A DNA stretch of 64,000 bases from NCBI GenBank assembly GCA_947501605.1, contig CANMWZ010000003.1, positions 1 to 64,000 on the forward strand, given 5' to 3'. Below, piece by piece: positions 31,549 through 45,140 of the stretch (position 1 is its first letter; each line of letters starts with the position of its first letter). Source of the stretch: Planctomycetota bacterium (GTDB taxonomy: Bacteria > Planctomycetota > UBA1135 > UBA2386). The translations under genes were made by a program, and so were the position numbers. The notes beneath the pieces are model-generated. The model did not search any database. It was not told the DNA's origin and was given only the letters and a program-made list of their open reading frames with translations.

Positions 31549-33069
31549 TCAGCCGCAGCCGTAGACGGCGCGCAGCTTGGCTTCGAGGTAGGACAGGAAC
31601 GGCTCCGGCGACAACGGCGCCCCGGTCGCGCGACGACAGAGCTCCTCGGGTTGAAAGCGCCTGCCGTGGACATGGACGTTGGCACGAAGCCACTCGCGCA
31701 GAGCCGAGAATGCACCCCGGGCCATCTGTGAGTCGAGGTCGGGAAGGGAACGGCGCGCGGCCGCAGCAAACTGCGCGGCGTAGAGGTTGCCGAGGGTGTA
31801 GGTCGGGAAGTAGCCGAACAACCCACAGGACCAGTGCACATCCTGAAGGCAACCGCGCCGATCATCGGGCACGACAACGCCAAGATACTCCAGGTAGCGT
31901 TGGTTCCAGGCCGTCGGCAAGTCGCGCACTGCAAGGTCGCCCTCGAGTAGCAACTGCTCGAGCTCGAAACGAACCATCACGTGCAAATCGTACGTGAGTT
32001 CGTCGGCTTCGACACGGATCAGACTCGGCTGCACAACGTTGCTGGCCAAGAACAATGAGTCGGAGTCAAAGGGATCGACAGAAACCCCAAGGTGCTGGCG
32101 GAGCACGGGGCGCGCCCATTGCCAGAACGCGCGGCTGCGGCCAACGTGGTTCTCCCACAGCCGGGACTGGCTTTCGTGGATCCCCAGCGACACAGCCTCC
32201 CCGAGCGGCGTTCCCATGTGCGCGGCATCAAGACCTTGCTCGTAGAGGCCGTGACCACCTTCGTGCATCGTTGAGCCGAGCGCATCGAGCACGTTGTCGC
32301 GGGCAAATCGGGTCGTGAGTCGAACGTCGCCAAAGGAACCGGTACAGAACGGATGGGCGCTGCGATCGAGTCGTCCGCGCTCGAAGTCAAATCCCATCGC
32401 TGCGACCACTGCGCGCACGCATTGTTCCTGGGAGCCTTCGTCAAACTCGAGCTTGACGAAAGAGTCATCGGGCCGGCGACCCTCGAGGTCAAGATTGTGC
32501 CGCAGAGTCACAAGCCGCGGGCGCAACGTCGCGAACATCGATCGCAGTTCCGCGGCGTTCATGCCAGGTTCCGAAAGCTCTGCCAGAGCATCCCACCGCG
32601 ATATCGATGCCGACCGCAGACAGTCCGCCCTGGCCTGCTGCAACTCGACCATGCGCTCCAGCACAGGACGAAACCGCGTGAAGTCTGACGCCGCCCGCGC
32701 GTCGGCCCACACTTGCTGCGCGCGGCTTTCATGCTGTGCGAGTTCGGCCACGAGAGCAGCAGGCAGCTTGGTCGCTCGATCGTAGTCGCGCCGAAATCCG
32801 TGCAGGCTGGCGCTGTGCTCCTGGCTGGCGACCAACTCCGAATCGGCTTCACAACTCGCGATCCAGTCAGCAATCCGCGGGTCCGTGGTTCGTTCATGGA
32901 CCAGCGTCGCCAGCAGCGACAGTTGCTGGCTGCGATGTTCGCCGCCGCCACGAGGCATGCCGGTCTCCTGGTCCCAACTCAGCACCGCTGCGGCCGATGA
33001 CAACAGATGGGTCTGCCGCGCGTGTGCGATCAGAGCGTGATATGCGGCGAGACGGGGAAAGGCTGGCAT
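31549..33069 (-). CDS. Carboxypeptidase M32 (Taq family)
   Basis: HPFC, HEGGHGLYEQG, HESQSRLWEN, IRVEADE, GCLQDVHWS, GYFPTYTLG. Confidence 0.95.
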   Translation of the reverse strand: MPAFPRLAAYHALIAHARQTHLLSSAAAVLSWDQETGMPRGGGEHRSQQLSLLATLVHERTTDPRIADWIASCEADSELVASQEHSASLHGFRRDYDRATKLPAALVAELAQHESRAQQVWADARAASDFTRFRPVLERMVELQQARADCLRSASISRWDALAELSEPGMNAAELRSMFATLRPRLVTLRHNLDLEGRRPDDSFVKLEFDEGSQEQCVRAVVAAMGFDFERGRLDRSAHPFCTGSFGDVRLTTRFARDNVLDALGSTMHEGGHGLYEQGLDAAHMGTPLGEAVSLGIHESQSRLWENHVGRSRAFWQWARPVLRQHLGVSVDPFDSDSLFLASNVVQPSLIRVEADELTYDLHVMVRFELEQLLLEGDLAVRDLPTAWNQRYLEYLGVVVPDDRRGCLQDVHWSCGLFGYFPTYTLGNLYAAQFAAAARRSLPDLDSQMARGAFSALREWLRANVHVHGRRFQPEELCRRATGAPLSPEPFLSYLEAKLRAVYGCG

Positions 33070-33181
33070 CGTGGAGAGTGGAAGGCGCGAGCCTACGCCA
33101 GGGGTCGTCCGGCGCCACTTTGGTTGTCTTGTGCTGCTGCAACTGTGCCAACAAGCACACACGAGCTAGACTGCCGGCCTT

Positions 33182-34387
33182 ATGGCCGCACGTGCTCGCG
33201 CCTCGATCGGACTCGCCGCTGGAGCTGTGTGCGCTTGCGTCTGTCTTGGCGTTGGTTTCTGGGTCGGACGCGCTGGCTTCCAGCGGTCATTCACAACCGA
33301 GCCGCGTGGCGGATCGTCGCGAATCTGGGGGGCGGAGCACGAGGACAAGGACAGCGGCAACGTGGACCGGCGGTCGGTACTGCCATCGTTTGCGCCAGCG
33401 GTCGAACGCACCAGCCCAGGCGTCGTCGCGGTAAGGGCCATTGTCACCGCGACGAAGAGCCGGACCGACAACGCTTCCTCGCTGCTGAGTTCGCCACCCG
33501 AAAGTGGGCCCGAGGTGGAGCCCAAATTGGCCGTCCGCGACGGCTCCGGCTTCGTCGTCAACGCAGCCGGCCTGGTGGTGACCGCGCGCCATCTGACCGT
33601 TCGTGCCTTGCGGCTTGTGGTCGACGTTCCGGGGCTCGGCCCCTTCGATGCCCGGTTGGTTGGCGAGGATGATGTCACCGATCTCGCCGTCCTACGCATT
33701 TCGGAGCCGCCACAAAACCTGGTGGTGCTGGAACTCGGAAGGAGCGAATTGTTGCGCGCCGGCGACTGGATCATTGCCGTTGGCAACCCCTACGGGTTTC
33801 GCCAGAGCGTGACCGCGGGCATCGTCAGTTTCGTCGGGCGCCACCTTTCGAGCGAGGACCTGCGGCCGTCCAGTGAGTTCTTGCAGTTCAGCGCCGCCGT
33901 CAATCCCGGCAGTTCCGGGTGTCCGGTGGTGGACCTCGATGGGCGCGTGGTAGGCGTCACCACGCAGGCCGCCGAGTCCGCGGAAGGGCTGTCCTTTGCG
34001 ATCCCTGTTCGCACGTTGAAGTGGGTCCTGGACGCGATGGACCGGAGCCCCGACGGCCGTGTCCACCGCGGTCAACTCGGCATCAACCTGCGGACTCGGA
34101 TGGGCACTGGCGACGACGGCCAACCACTGCGTGGCGTCGTCATCGGTCGAGTGCTCGAAGGCCAAGCTGCGCACCGCGCCGGTATCCGGCCTGGAGATAT
34201 CGTCGTCGCCGTCGATGGCGAACCCGTGATCGACACCAACGACCTGCACGAGCGCATCACTCGTTCGCCGCCAGGGAGCGAGATGCGACTTGAACTGCTT
34301 CGAGACGGTCGCTCCCTGCCGCCGCTTGCAGTGGTCCTCGGCGATACCGCGGCACCAGTTCCTCCGCCCGAAGCCGTCGCCCGCTGA
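33182..34387 (+). CDS. HtrA/DegP-family trypsin-like serine protease with PDZ domain
   Basis: GSGF, TARH, TDLAVL, AVGNPYG, VNPGSSG, C-terminal PDZ; N-terminal TM helix. Confidence 0.9.
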   Translation: MAARARASIGLAAGAVCACVCLGVGFWVGRAGFQRSFTTEPRGGSSRIWGAEHEDKDSGNVDRRSVLPSFAPAVERTSPGVVAVRAIVTATKSRTDNASSLLSSPPESGPEVEPKLAVRDGSGFVVNAAGLVVTARHLTVRALRLVVDVPGLGPFDARLVGEDDVTDLAVLRISEPPQNLVVLELGRSELLRAGDWIIAVGNPYGFRQSVTAGIVSFVGRHLSSEDLRPSSEFLQFSAAVNPGSSGCPVVDLDGRVVGVTTQAAESAEGLSFAIPVRTLKWVLDAMDRSPDGRVHRGQLGINLRTRMGTGDDGQPLRGVVIGRVLEGQAAHRAGIRPGDIVVAVDGEPVIDTNDLHERITRSPPGSEMRLELLRDGRSLPPLAVVLGDTAAPVPPPEAVAR

Positions 34388-34391
34388 CTCC

Positions 34392-35081
34392 ATGGCGAAT
34401 GAGCCACACGTTGTGATGAATGACCCGCGCGCTCTGAATCTGTGGTTCCTCGCCCCCGGAATCGCGCACTTGCTCGGCAATGCGCTGTTCACCGCGCAGG
34501 GGCGGGCGAGGCTCTTGGCGACTGGGGTGGAAGAAGGAACCTCAACCACAGCCCAAGTGGCGGAGGATGCTCGGGCCGTGCTCGACGGCACCGGACGTGC
34601 GTTCCTTGGCCTGTCCGTCCTTCGCGGTCTCCTCGGCGAGGGCAAGACCACCGCCGTGCCTTGTGGCTCAGCCCTCCACGACTTGGCCGACATTGCCCGA
34701 GTCCCGCTTCGCGACCACGCGATGGAACTGGACCTCCACGTAGAGCCAGGTTGCGAGGACGAACTCGTAGATGCGCCCGAGCTCTTCACTGTGCTAACGA
34801 CAGCGTTCCGGTTGCTCGCTGGCGGGCAGCACTCCCACGGGCTACGGATCGAGACGCTCGTGAGCAGGAGTCAGAGCGAACTGCGCATTGCTGTGCGCGG
34901 CCGCGCGGCCGCGCGCAAGACGGACGCGTGTCAGCCACTGGCGTTGGTCGGGGAGTCGCTGGCGAATGAAGTCCGAGGATGGCCTTCAGGTGTTTGGAGC
35001 GGCCGCTGGGAAATAGCGGACTCGCTCGACATGCTGGTCTTCTACGTTGCGATCCTACGGCCAACCTTGAGGCCGTCTTGA
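34392..35081 (+). CDS. Degenerate histidine-kinase-fold protein (possible phosphotransferase)
   Basis: H-box-like GIAHLLGNALF; no N/G1/G2 boxes seen; lies directly upstream of a response regulator. Confidence 0.45.
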   Translation: MANEPHVVMNDPRALNLWFLAPGIAHLLGNALFTAQGRARLLATGVEEGTSTTAQVAEDARAVLDGTGRAFLGLSVLRGLLGEGKTTAVPCGSALHDLADIARVPLRDHAMELDLHVEPGCEDELVDAPELFTVLTTAFRLLAGGQHSHGLRIETLVSRSQSELRIAVRGRAAARKTDACQPLALVGESLANEVRGWPSGVWSGRWEIADSLDMLVFYVAILRPTLRPS

Positions 35082-35083
35082 CC

Positions 35084-35110
35084 GCAACTTGATGAAGCCT
35101 TCCTAGCGTC
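35084..35110 (+). promoter_or_regulatory. Possible ECF-sigma promoter
   Basis: GCAACTT-N16-CGTC, 30 bp upstream of the response regulator. Confidence 0.3.
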
Positions 35111-35140
35111 CTGGCCCTTCCTTCCGCGAAGAGGCTACCT

Positions 35141-35839
35141 GTGTCCAAACCCAAGATTCTGGTCATCGAAGACGAGTCCGACATCCTCGAGGTGATCCAG
35201 TACAACCTCGAACGCGAGGGTCACAAAGTCATCGCTTGCCGCAACGGTGAGCAGGGGCTGAGTCGTATCCGCACCGACAATCCCGACCTTGTCATCCTCG
35301 ATCTCATGCTGCCAGGAATGGACGGCGTCGAGGTGTGTCGGCAAGTGAAATCGGATCCCATCACCCGAGCGATTCCGGTCATCATGGTCACGGCGAAGGC
35401 CGAGGAGAGCGACATCGTGCTCGGCCTCGGGATCGGAGCGGATGACTACATCGCCAAACCGTTCAGTCCGAAGGAACTCATCGCCCGAGTAAAGGTCGTC
35501 TTGCGCCGCGGACCGTTGCGCGAAGAAAGCGGCGGTGGCGAGCGCGTCGTCCGCGGCGAACTCACGATCGATCTGGGACGGCACGAAGCCACCATCGGCT
35601 CGGAGGCGCTGACCCTGACGCCGACGGAGATGCGCCTTTTGCACTTCCTCGCTTCGCATCCCGGTCGCGTGTTCCCTCGATCCCACTTGCTGAGCCGCGT
35701 CATTGGCGAGGACGCGATCGTCACCGATCGCAACATCGACGTGCACGTGCGAGCTCTTCGCCAGAAGCTCGGCAACTCCGCCGATGTCATCGAAACGGTG
35801 CGAGGTGTGGGCTACCGGTTCGCGGACGGGAGACGGTAG
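35141..35839 (+). CDS. OmpR/PhoB-family response regulator (PhoB-like)
   Basis: ILVIEDE, LDLMLP, GADDYIAKPF, IETVRGVGY. Confidence 0.93.
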   Translation: MSKPKILVIEDESDILEVIQYNLEREGHKVIACRNGEQGLSRIRTDNPDLVILDLMLPGMDGVEVCRQVKSDPITRAIPVIMVTAKAEESDIVLGLGIGADDYIAKPFSPKELIARVKVVLRRGPLREESGGGERVVRGELTIDLGRHEATIGSEALTLTPTEMRLLHFLASHPGRVFPRSHLLSRVIGEDAIVTDRNIDVHVRALRQKLGNSADVIETVRGVGYRFADGRR

Positions 35840-35843
35840 CGCG

Positions 35844-38742
<2,899 letters not shown>

Positions 38743-38812
38743 TTGGTTCGTACCATCGGCCTTTGCGAGGCGCCGTGCAAGCGCGCAGACAGAACTCGGC
38801 AGTGCGCGAAGC

Positions 38813-39547
38813 TCAGTGATCGCGGTCTGGGCGGAGCCCTGACTTCGGCTCCGTCGCGTTGATTGCCTCGCCAGCGCTCTCACCGGTCGCCTCGACGGGC
38901 TCTAGTCGATGCAGCATCGCGGCTCCAGCAGCACCGGCGCTCGTGGGACCCGCGCGGCCTTCGAGCAGTTCGCGCATCAGTGGCAGACGGTCGCCGAGGA
39001 GCGCCACCGCATCTTTGGCCAACCGCAATGAGTGCGATTCTTTGGCAGCGGCTGCCACCCGACTCTCCGGCGCGAAGAACATTCGCAGGACAATGTGCAT
39101 CGACAGGACGACTAGGGCACCCGTCGCTACTCCGAGCAGCCCACCAAAAAGGCGGTCGTAGAAACCGAGTCCGACGCGCCGGATCAGATTCTGTAGCACC
39201 ATCGCACAGAGACTCAGAGCCAGCAGCACTCCGACGAAGATCAGCACGCAGGCGATGTAGAGCGCGGTCGCCTGTTGGTCCTCCGAGGGCGGCTCCTGGC
39301 CGGTGTGGGTCCAACTGAGCAACACCTCGCCGAAGCCGAAGCCGAGCTTCACCGAGGCAAAGTAGGCGGCAACCAAGATCGCCACGCGACTGACCTGCCA
39401 GACGATGCCCTTGAAGAGACCTAGGACAAAGAAGACGGCCAGCACGCTGATGGCGGAGATGTCGACCCAACCGAGGTGCTGCAGGCTTTGGGCGAGATCG
39501 TTGGCCGCCACGGCCGTGGCAGCTGAGTCTTGGCCAGAGGTATCCAC
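38813..39547 (-). CDS. CvpA (colicin V production)-family membrane protein
   Basis: WVDI...LGLFKGIVWQV, GLGFYDRLFGGLLG; four TM segments; start uncertain. Confidence 0.8.
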   Translation of the reverse strand: MDTSGQDSAATAVAANDLAQSLQHLGWVDISAISVLAVFFVLGLFKGIVWQVSRVAILVAAYFASVKLGFGFGEVLLSWTHTGQEPPSEDQQATALYIACVLIFVGVLLALSLCAMVLQNLIRRVGLGFYDRLFGGLLGVATGALVVLSMHIVLRMFFAPESRVAAAAKESHSLRLAKDAVALLGDRLPLMRELLEGRAGPTSAGAAGAAMLHRLEPVEATGESAGEAINATEPKSGLRPDRDH

Positions 39548-39707
39548 CGGAGCATTGTGCAGCCGGATGGCTGTACTGCCAGCCCGGTGCCAAGACGGTC
39601 TGCTCCCGAGACTTGCTCGCTGGTTCCCGTAGTTGCATTCGCACCGCACGCCTGGGAGCCTGTCCGTCCGTCTGGATCCACGAATCCGGGCCCGACCCTC
39701 CCAACCG

Positions 39708-41393
39708 ATGGCCAGTTCCGACGCGCTCCGTCTGCAGACCGCCCTCCTGCAACTCCACCGACGTGCTCTCCAGGACCACCGTCTGCAGGCAGAACTGGCT
39801 CGCGCTCGACGTGAGTTTTTCGGTGTCGAGCCAGGGGTGAAGGTCCGACCGACTGCCGAACTGCGCTTCCTCGAATGGGCGCTCCTCGAGCGTGAGAGCC
39901 TTGCGCTGGCCTCGATCCCGAGTGACGTGCTTGCGGAACCAGGCGATGACGATGCGCTGACCGGTTCAGCCGTCGGCGTCTACACGGTTGAGTCCGTCGA
40001 AGAGGAACGCGTCGACGCGCGCGACCTGCAGGACGAGGACACCGTCGAGTTGCTGGTGCCGCAAGGAACCCTGCAGATCGGCGACCTCATGGTCGGACGC
40101 ATCTATGGAACCCTCCGCGGCACGTGGCAGCCCTCCGCGGCAGTTGCGATCTACCGCCCAGGGGCGGCGCTTGCCAAGGCGTTTCAACGCGACCTCAAGC
40201 GCCTCGAACTGGAGCGTCGCCTCACCCAGGTCGAGATCGAACACCTCTTGTTGCGGCAGCAGACGCCGGACCACGAGCTCGCGGCCCCGGATACTGGGCC
40301 GACACCGGCGCCAAAGCTGATTCCGGGTCGGCAAGTCGAGCACATCGAAGCTGAGTTGGAGACCGTGCTCAGCGCTGGCGGTGTCCCTGGCCTGACGACC
40401 GAGGTCAGTGACTCCTTGGCCCAGACCGAGCGAATGGGAGCGGTGACTGGGCCGCTGCTCGAGCAACTGGCATTCGAGACAGAGGTCGATCTCGACCGCG
40501 CCCGGCGACTCCTGATCGAGTTGTGGAACGCGCACCACAGCGGCAGCCCCCAAGAGCTATCGCCCGAGCCGGCGAAGCCACGCGGCCCGATCGAGCTTGC
40601 AGAGATCCCCGGGGAGACCCTGGGGGAGCGCCTCGCACGCCTGCTCAACGAAGGTCTCTCGCAAAAGCGCGACGTCACCGAGTTGTTCCGCCAGCTCGAA
40701 GCCATGGCCGGAATTGAAGACGAGGAAGAGGGTGCCGATGACGACGCTCTTGGTGACGCCGGTCCGGCGATGATCCACGCCCTGGAGGGCGAGGACTTTG
40801 GCGATCTGGCACCGCTGGTGACCGAGTACTTGTGGGAAACCGCGCAAAGCGGTTCGGAAGCCGAAGGGCTCCTCCAGCTCTGGATCGCGCTGCAACAGAA
40901 TGCAGCGCTGCCGCACACGAACCTGGATGACGTGACTGGGCAGGACCTGATGCGCTTGCTGCTGCATGTCTACCTGCGTGCGGAACCAACGGGGCGCGCA
41001 GCGGCCGTTCGCACGGCATTCGCCGCGGTCACTGCGTTTTCGGTTTGGGCCGAAGCGACCCAGGAATTGTCCCTCAAGAGTGCGCTGCTCAGTTGCCAGG
41101 GCCACTTACTCGACCATCTCGACCGGCTCCAGGAAGTGGGCATCCGGTTGACAACTGCCACCAAAGAAGGGGCTTCGACCCCAGGCCTGCTGCACGTCGA
41201 GGACATCGCCGTCGATGGCTTCGGCGTACGCGGCGACGAGAGCAGCCACTGGATCGAGACGACCACGCAGATTGCAACGCTGCTGCGCCACGGCGACTTG
41301 CTCCTAGCGGCCCTGGTGGAGCACGGCACCGAAGCGATCTTCTCGGGCCCGGTAGTCGCGTTGCCTGCCGACGCCGAAGCCCTGGTCGGATGA
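39708..41393 (+). CDS. Acidic hypothetical protein
   Basis: About 561-aa ORF with coding-like composition and no recognised motif. Confidence 0.7.
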   Translation: MASSDALRLQTALLQLHRRALQDHRLQAELARARREFFGVEPGVKVRPTAELRFLEWALLERESLALASIPSDVLAEPGDDDALTGSAVGVYTVESVEEERVDARDLQDEDTVELLVPQGTLQIGDLMVGRIYGTLRGTWQPSAAVAIYRPGAALAKAFQRDLKRLELERRLTQVEIEHLLLRQQTPDHELAAPDTGPTPAPKLIPGRQVEHIEAELETVLSAGGVPGLTTEVSDSLAQTERMGAVTGPLLEQLAFETEVDLDRARRLLIELWNAHHSGSPQELSPEPAKPRGPIELAEIPGETLGERLARLLNEGLSQKRDVTELFRQLEAMAGIEDEEEGADDDALGDAGPAMIHALEGEDFGDLAPLVTEYLWETAQSGSEAEGLLQLWIALQQNAALPHTNLDDVTGQDLMRLLLHVYLRAEPTGRAAAVRTAFAAVTAFSVWAEATQELSLKSALLSCQGHLLDHLDRLQEVGIRLTTATKEGASTPGLLHVEDIAVDGFGVRGDESSHWIETTTQIATLLRHGDLLLAALVEHGTEAIFSGPVVALPADAEALVG

Positions 41394-41581
41394 CGGGTTG
41401 GCCCTGGTCGGATGACGGGCTAGCCCTGGTCGAACGCGGGGTCGCAACGGAAACCGGGTCGCTGCGGTGCGTTCGGTGGACGGATCTTCCGCTCGTGCCG
41501 CGCCGACCCCAGCGGCGCTAGAGAACTGCGGCAAAGTCCGCCGTGTCGGGGCGTCGATTGCCCAGGTGGAGGATGCCACGA

Positions 41582-43675
41582 ATGGGCTTCGACACCGAGA
41601 TCGATCGTCTGCTGCGTAACCAGGTCCATCTCGCCGAAAAGGGGGAAGTAAAGCCAGAAGCCGTACGCCAACAACTGATCGACCTTTGGCAGTTGGCCGG
41701 GCCGCGGGCGCCATCGGCGTTCTTGCTCGGCTACAGCAAAGTTCTGCTCGGGCTCGACCTTGGACCTGTGCCTGAAGGCAACCTGCGACGTTGGTTCGTG
41801 TTTGGCTGCATGCGTGCCCACGATCGCCGCGGCGAACGCAACTGGATCGCGGACATGGTTCAAGATCCTGCGGCGCTGGCCGACCTGCTTGCGGATCCCG
41901 TGCTGGCAGCGCAAGTGCTTCCCCTGTGCGTGCGGACGCTTTTCTGGTGCGGCGACCTGAAGCTCGCACTGCGCGCAATCGAGTATCTGGCTGCCGACGC
42001 AACCTCCCCAGAACTGGCCTTGGTGGTGGATGCAGCGGTGACCGACTTGCTCGCGCGGCTCGAAAAGCGAGAGGAAGGCGAGGACGAAGAAAGCACCGCA
42101 TCCATCCTCGGAAAGGTCATGGGGATCGCGGGATTTGACCGCTTGCCGTCGGATGTGCGCGGTCGCTACCACAAGGCTCTGGCCGAACGTCTGCTCTTGG
42201 GCAGCGAGTGGGATTCGGCCGGACAACACGCAGTCGCTGCGGCGGCGCTGTCGACCGCCCAGTCGCGCATGCACAGTGCGTGCAACGCGGTGGCGGCTCT
42301 GGCTCATCTGCGGGTCCATCGCTTGGAGGACCTCGAGCCTCATGCAGATCGCAACGACCGGGAGCCAGCACTTGCACTTGTGCGACATGTCGAGAGTGAG
42401 ACGGGAGAAGCCGCACCAACCGCCCACTTCCTGCGCGGCATCCTCGCCTACGAAACTGGTGATTACGCGGTCACGACCAGGAGTCTCGAAGCTGCGGTAC
42501 ATGGCATGCGTCGCCAAGATGGCCGCGACGAACAGATCGCCGATCGAGCCCGGTTCTTCTTGGCCGCATCGCTCCTGGCGCAGGGACTCCCGGAAGACTC
42601 GTCGCGGGCTCTCAAGCTCATGGAGCGTTCGCTCGACACCGTCAAACCGGACCTCGAGACCTTCTACTCGGTACACGAAGCTCTGAAGAAACTGGATCGA
42701 TCGATCGCCCTGCGATTTCTCGATCAGGTCGACATCGGTCGCGGCCGCTCCCCGGACCAATTGCTGATGGTCGCACTGGAGTACCTGTCGCTAGGGGAAG
42801 CGCCCAAGGCCCTGAGCGCGGCCGAGCGCGTCCTCGCGGTTGCCGTGGACCTGGACCAGCGGCTCGAGGCGATGCGGGCGATCCTGACTGCTCGAAACAT
42901 GCAGGGACAGCGCGAGCAGGCGAGGTCGTGCTTCGCCGACATGCGTGACCTGCTGATGCAACGGGGCGCCTTCGATCAGCTGGAGAAGATGCTGCAGAAC
43001 GAGGCCTTCGTCGGTCAGGCTCTCGATCATTTCGACATCAAGCTCGAACTCGCCAACCTCTACGAAGAGATGGAAGGGAAGGACTACGAGCGAGCCCAAC
43101 TACAGATCGCGATCGCGCGATCATTCCGCGCCCGCAAGGAAGTCGAGTGCCTGCAGCAGGCCCACGGCTTGCTCCTGGAAGTGAGTTGCCATCATCCAGA
43201 GCTCGCGGCGGAAGACCTCCTCGCGATCGAACGGATGTTGGAGCTGAACGAGGCCTCTCCGGTCGATTCGGATGCTGGTGCAGCAGCTGGCAAGGCGCTC
43301 GGCAAGCAACTCGGCCACGCAGTCCGTGTCCTAGTGGTCGGCGGCAACGAGCGTCAGCGGCGGCATCACTCGAAATTCGTGGATCTGGCCACGCGCTGGG
43401 GACTCGAAGGCGAGTGGCTCGAGACCAACTACACTTCCCCGCAGAAGATCGTCGGGCAGATCGCCGATCGCATGCGTGCAGGCATCGACGTCTTGGTGCT
43501 GCTTCACTGGAATCGCCACGAGACCACGGAGCCAGCCCTCGAACTAGCGCGCAAGAGCGCGGTCCACGCGCGCACCGTCCACTATGCAGGATTCACGAGT
43601 CTGCAGGTCGCCCTCGGCGAGATGCTGCAGAAGCTCACACAACAGAAGCCTGCCAGAGTCGCCGCAAGAGCCTGA
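41582..43675 (+). CDS. TPR-like helical protein with C-terminal DUF2325-like alpha/beta domain
   Basis: Helical repeats; C-terminal VRVLVVGGNERQ...IDVLVLLHWNRH. Confidence 0.6.
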   Translation: MGFDTEIDRLLRNQVHLAEKGEVKPEAVRQQLIDLWQLAGPRAPSAFLLGYSKVLLGLDLGPVPEGNLRRWFVFGCMRAHDRRGERNWIADMVQDPAALADLLADPVLAAQVLPLCVRTLFWCGDLKLALRAIEYLAADATSPELALVVDAAVTDLLARLEKREEGEDEESTASILGKVMGIAGFDRLPSDVRGRYHKALAERLLLGSEWDSAGQHAVAAAALSTAQSRMHSACNAVAALAHLRVHRLEDLEPHADRNDREPALALVRHVESETGEAAPTAHFLRGILAYETGDYAVTTRSLEAAVHGMRRQDGRDEQIADRARFFLAASLLAQGLPEDSSRALKLMERSLDTVKPDLETFYSVHEALKKLDRSIALRFLDQVDIGRGRSPDQLLMVALEYLSLGEAPKALSAAERVLAVAVDLDQRLEAMRAILTARNMQGQREQARSCFADMRDLLMQRGAFDQLEKMLQNEAFVGQALDHFDIKLELANLYEEMEGKDYERAQLQIAIARSFRARKEVECLQQAHGLLLEVSCHHPELAAEDLLAIERMLELNEASPVDSDAGAAAGKALGKQLGHAVRVLVVGGNERQRRHHSKFVDLATRWGLEGEWLETNYTSPQKIVGQIADRMRAGIDVLVLLHWNRHETTEPALELARKSAVHARTVHYAGFTSLQVALGEMLQKLTQQKPARVAARA

Positions 43676-43726
43676 ACGCACTAGCCGGTTGCCATCCTCT
43701 CGCGAGCGGGCAGGATCCAGCAACCA

Positions 43727-45130
43727 ATGCGACGGCCCATCGATGACGACAGCCTGCCCGCCAAAGTCGACTGCTTGATCGTCGGTGGCGGCCCCGCCGG
43801 TGCAGCCCTCGCCGGGTTGCTGGCACGCAGCGGCCACATGGTCTTGGTCGTGGACGACGGCGCGCTGCGAACAGGCTCTCCGCTCGAGACGTTGATGGCT
43901 TCCGCCTTGCAGTCGCTGGATCGCTGCGGCCTCGGGGAGATCGTTCGCGCGACCGCCGAAGTCGACCGCCGACGGCACGGCGCGCGGTGGGACGCCGACG
44001 AGGTTGCTTGGCGCGACGAGGGCCGCTCCGGCCTGTGCCTTCGCCGCGGAGTGTTTGATGACGGACTTCGCGACTGGGCCGTGAAGTGTGGAGCGCGCGT
44101 GCTTCGACCGGCAACGGCAGTGGAGCTACCAGATGGTGGTCAGGGCTCCGCCCGAATCCGAGTTGCAGGTCGCGACCTTTTCATCGAGGCGAACACGATC
44201 GCCATTGCGACCGGACGCCGGAGTGTCGCCGTGCTTGCCAGCGCAGAGATCGTTGAGCAGGGACCGCCGACCGCGGCGTTCGCGTTCCAGATCGAGGCCG
44301 AAAGCGAGACCGGAGCAGTGGCCATGGTGACGGCCGCGCCCGACGGCTGGTGCTGGTGGATCGGGGACGAGCGGGGTGGTGCGCGGCTGGTGGCGACTGT
44401 GGACGCAGACACGTTGGGCGAACCACTGCGCGCGGTCGTCGACCGCGTCCTCGAGTATGCCGGCAGTGCGTTCGGTGGCCGACGCGCAGCCGTACTCGAA
44501 ACTGCCGTGCGGGCAACCTCTCGCCGCGCCACGACGCCGCGTGGCTATTGGCTGGTAGGTGACGCGGCGGCGACACTCGATCCGTTGGCAAGTCAGGGGA
44601 CAGAGAAGGCCTTGGTCGGAGCCGAATCCGCAGCACTGGGGATTCGCACGGCTCTGGCGAACCCAGCGCTGCGAGGGCTCGCGATCGCCCAGCATCGCCG
44701 CTGGGAGCACGAGCTGTATCAGGCCCACGCGCGCACGACGGCGGCGTTCTATTCTCGCGTAGGTCGCTTCGCGGAGCGCCCGTTCTGGGCACGCAGGTCA
44801 CAGCTACCGCCGTCGCCGAACTTCGGTGCGCTACCGCATCGCCTCGTTCGCGCACCGGATCTGCTCGAAGGCCCGATGCTGGTCCGCCACACCGAGGAAC
44901 TGGTCTTGACGCCTGGGTTCGCGCGCTTGGCGGCGGAGCCGATCGCTCGCATCGGCCGCGTCACGGTGGCGCCGCTGCTGGCCGCATTTGCGCGTCCGCG
45001 CTCGGTCGCAGACGGGCTTGCCATCGCCGGACAAGACCCCAGGCTGTTCGTGATGGGCAGCGCCGTCGTGCGCGCCGCTGTCGTCGAACTCTGGCGAGCA
45101 GGCTTGCTCATCGCACCACAGATCGACTGA
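43727..45130 (+). CDS. qhpG: FAD-dependent monooxygenase, QhpG-like (Trp hydroxylation for CTQ)
   Basis: IVGGGPAG, LVGDAAATLDPLASQG, C-terminal winged-helix-like tail; convergent on the qhp operon. Confidence 0.75.
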   Translation: MRRPIDDDSLPAKVDCLIVGGGPAGAALAGLLARSGHMVLVVDDGALRTGSPLETLMASALQSLDRCGLGEIVRATAEVDRRRHGARWDADEVAWRDEGRSGLCLRRGVFDDGLRDWAVKCGARVLRPATAVELPDGGQGSARIRVAGRDLFIEANTIAIATGRRSVAVLASAEIVEQGPPTAAFAFQIEAESETGAVAMVTAAPDGWCWWIGDERGGARLVATVDADTLGEPLRAVVDRVLEYAGSAFGGRRAAVLETAVRATSRRATTPRGYWLVGDAAATLDPLASQGTEKALVGAESAALGIRTALANPALRGLAIAQHRRWEHELYQAHARTTAAFYSRVGRFAERPFWARRSQLPPSPNFGALPHRLVRAPDLLEGPMLVRHTEELVLTPGFARLAAEPIARIGRVTVAPLLAAFARPRSVADGLAIAGQDPRLFVMGSAVVRAAVVELWRAGLLIAPQID

Positions 45131-45140
45131 CCGCACTACC

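Noticed and set aside
35082..35140. Pho box upstream of the PhoB-like regulator
   Set aside because: No CTGTCAT-type 11-bp-spaced direct repeat is visible and there are no pst genes, so the phoB/phoR symbols were withheld.
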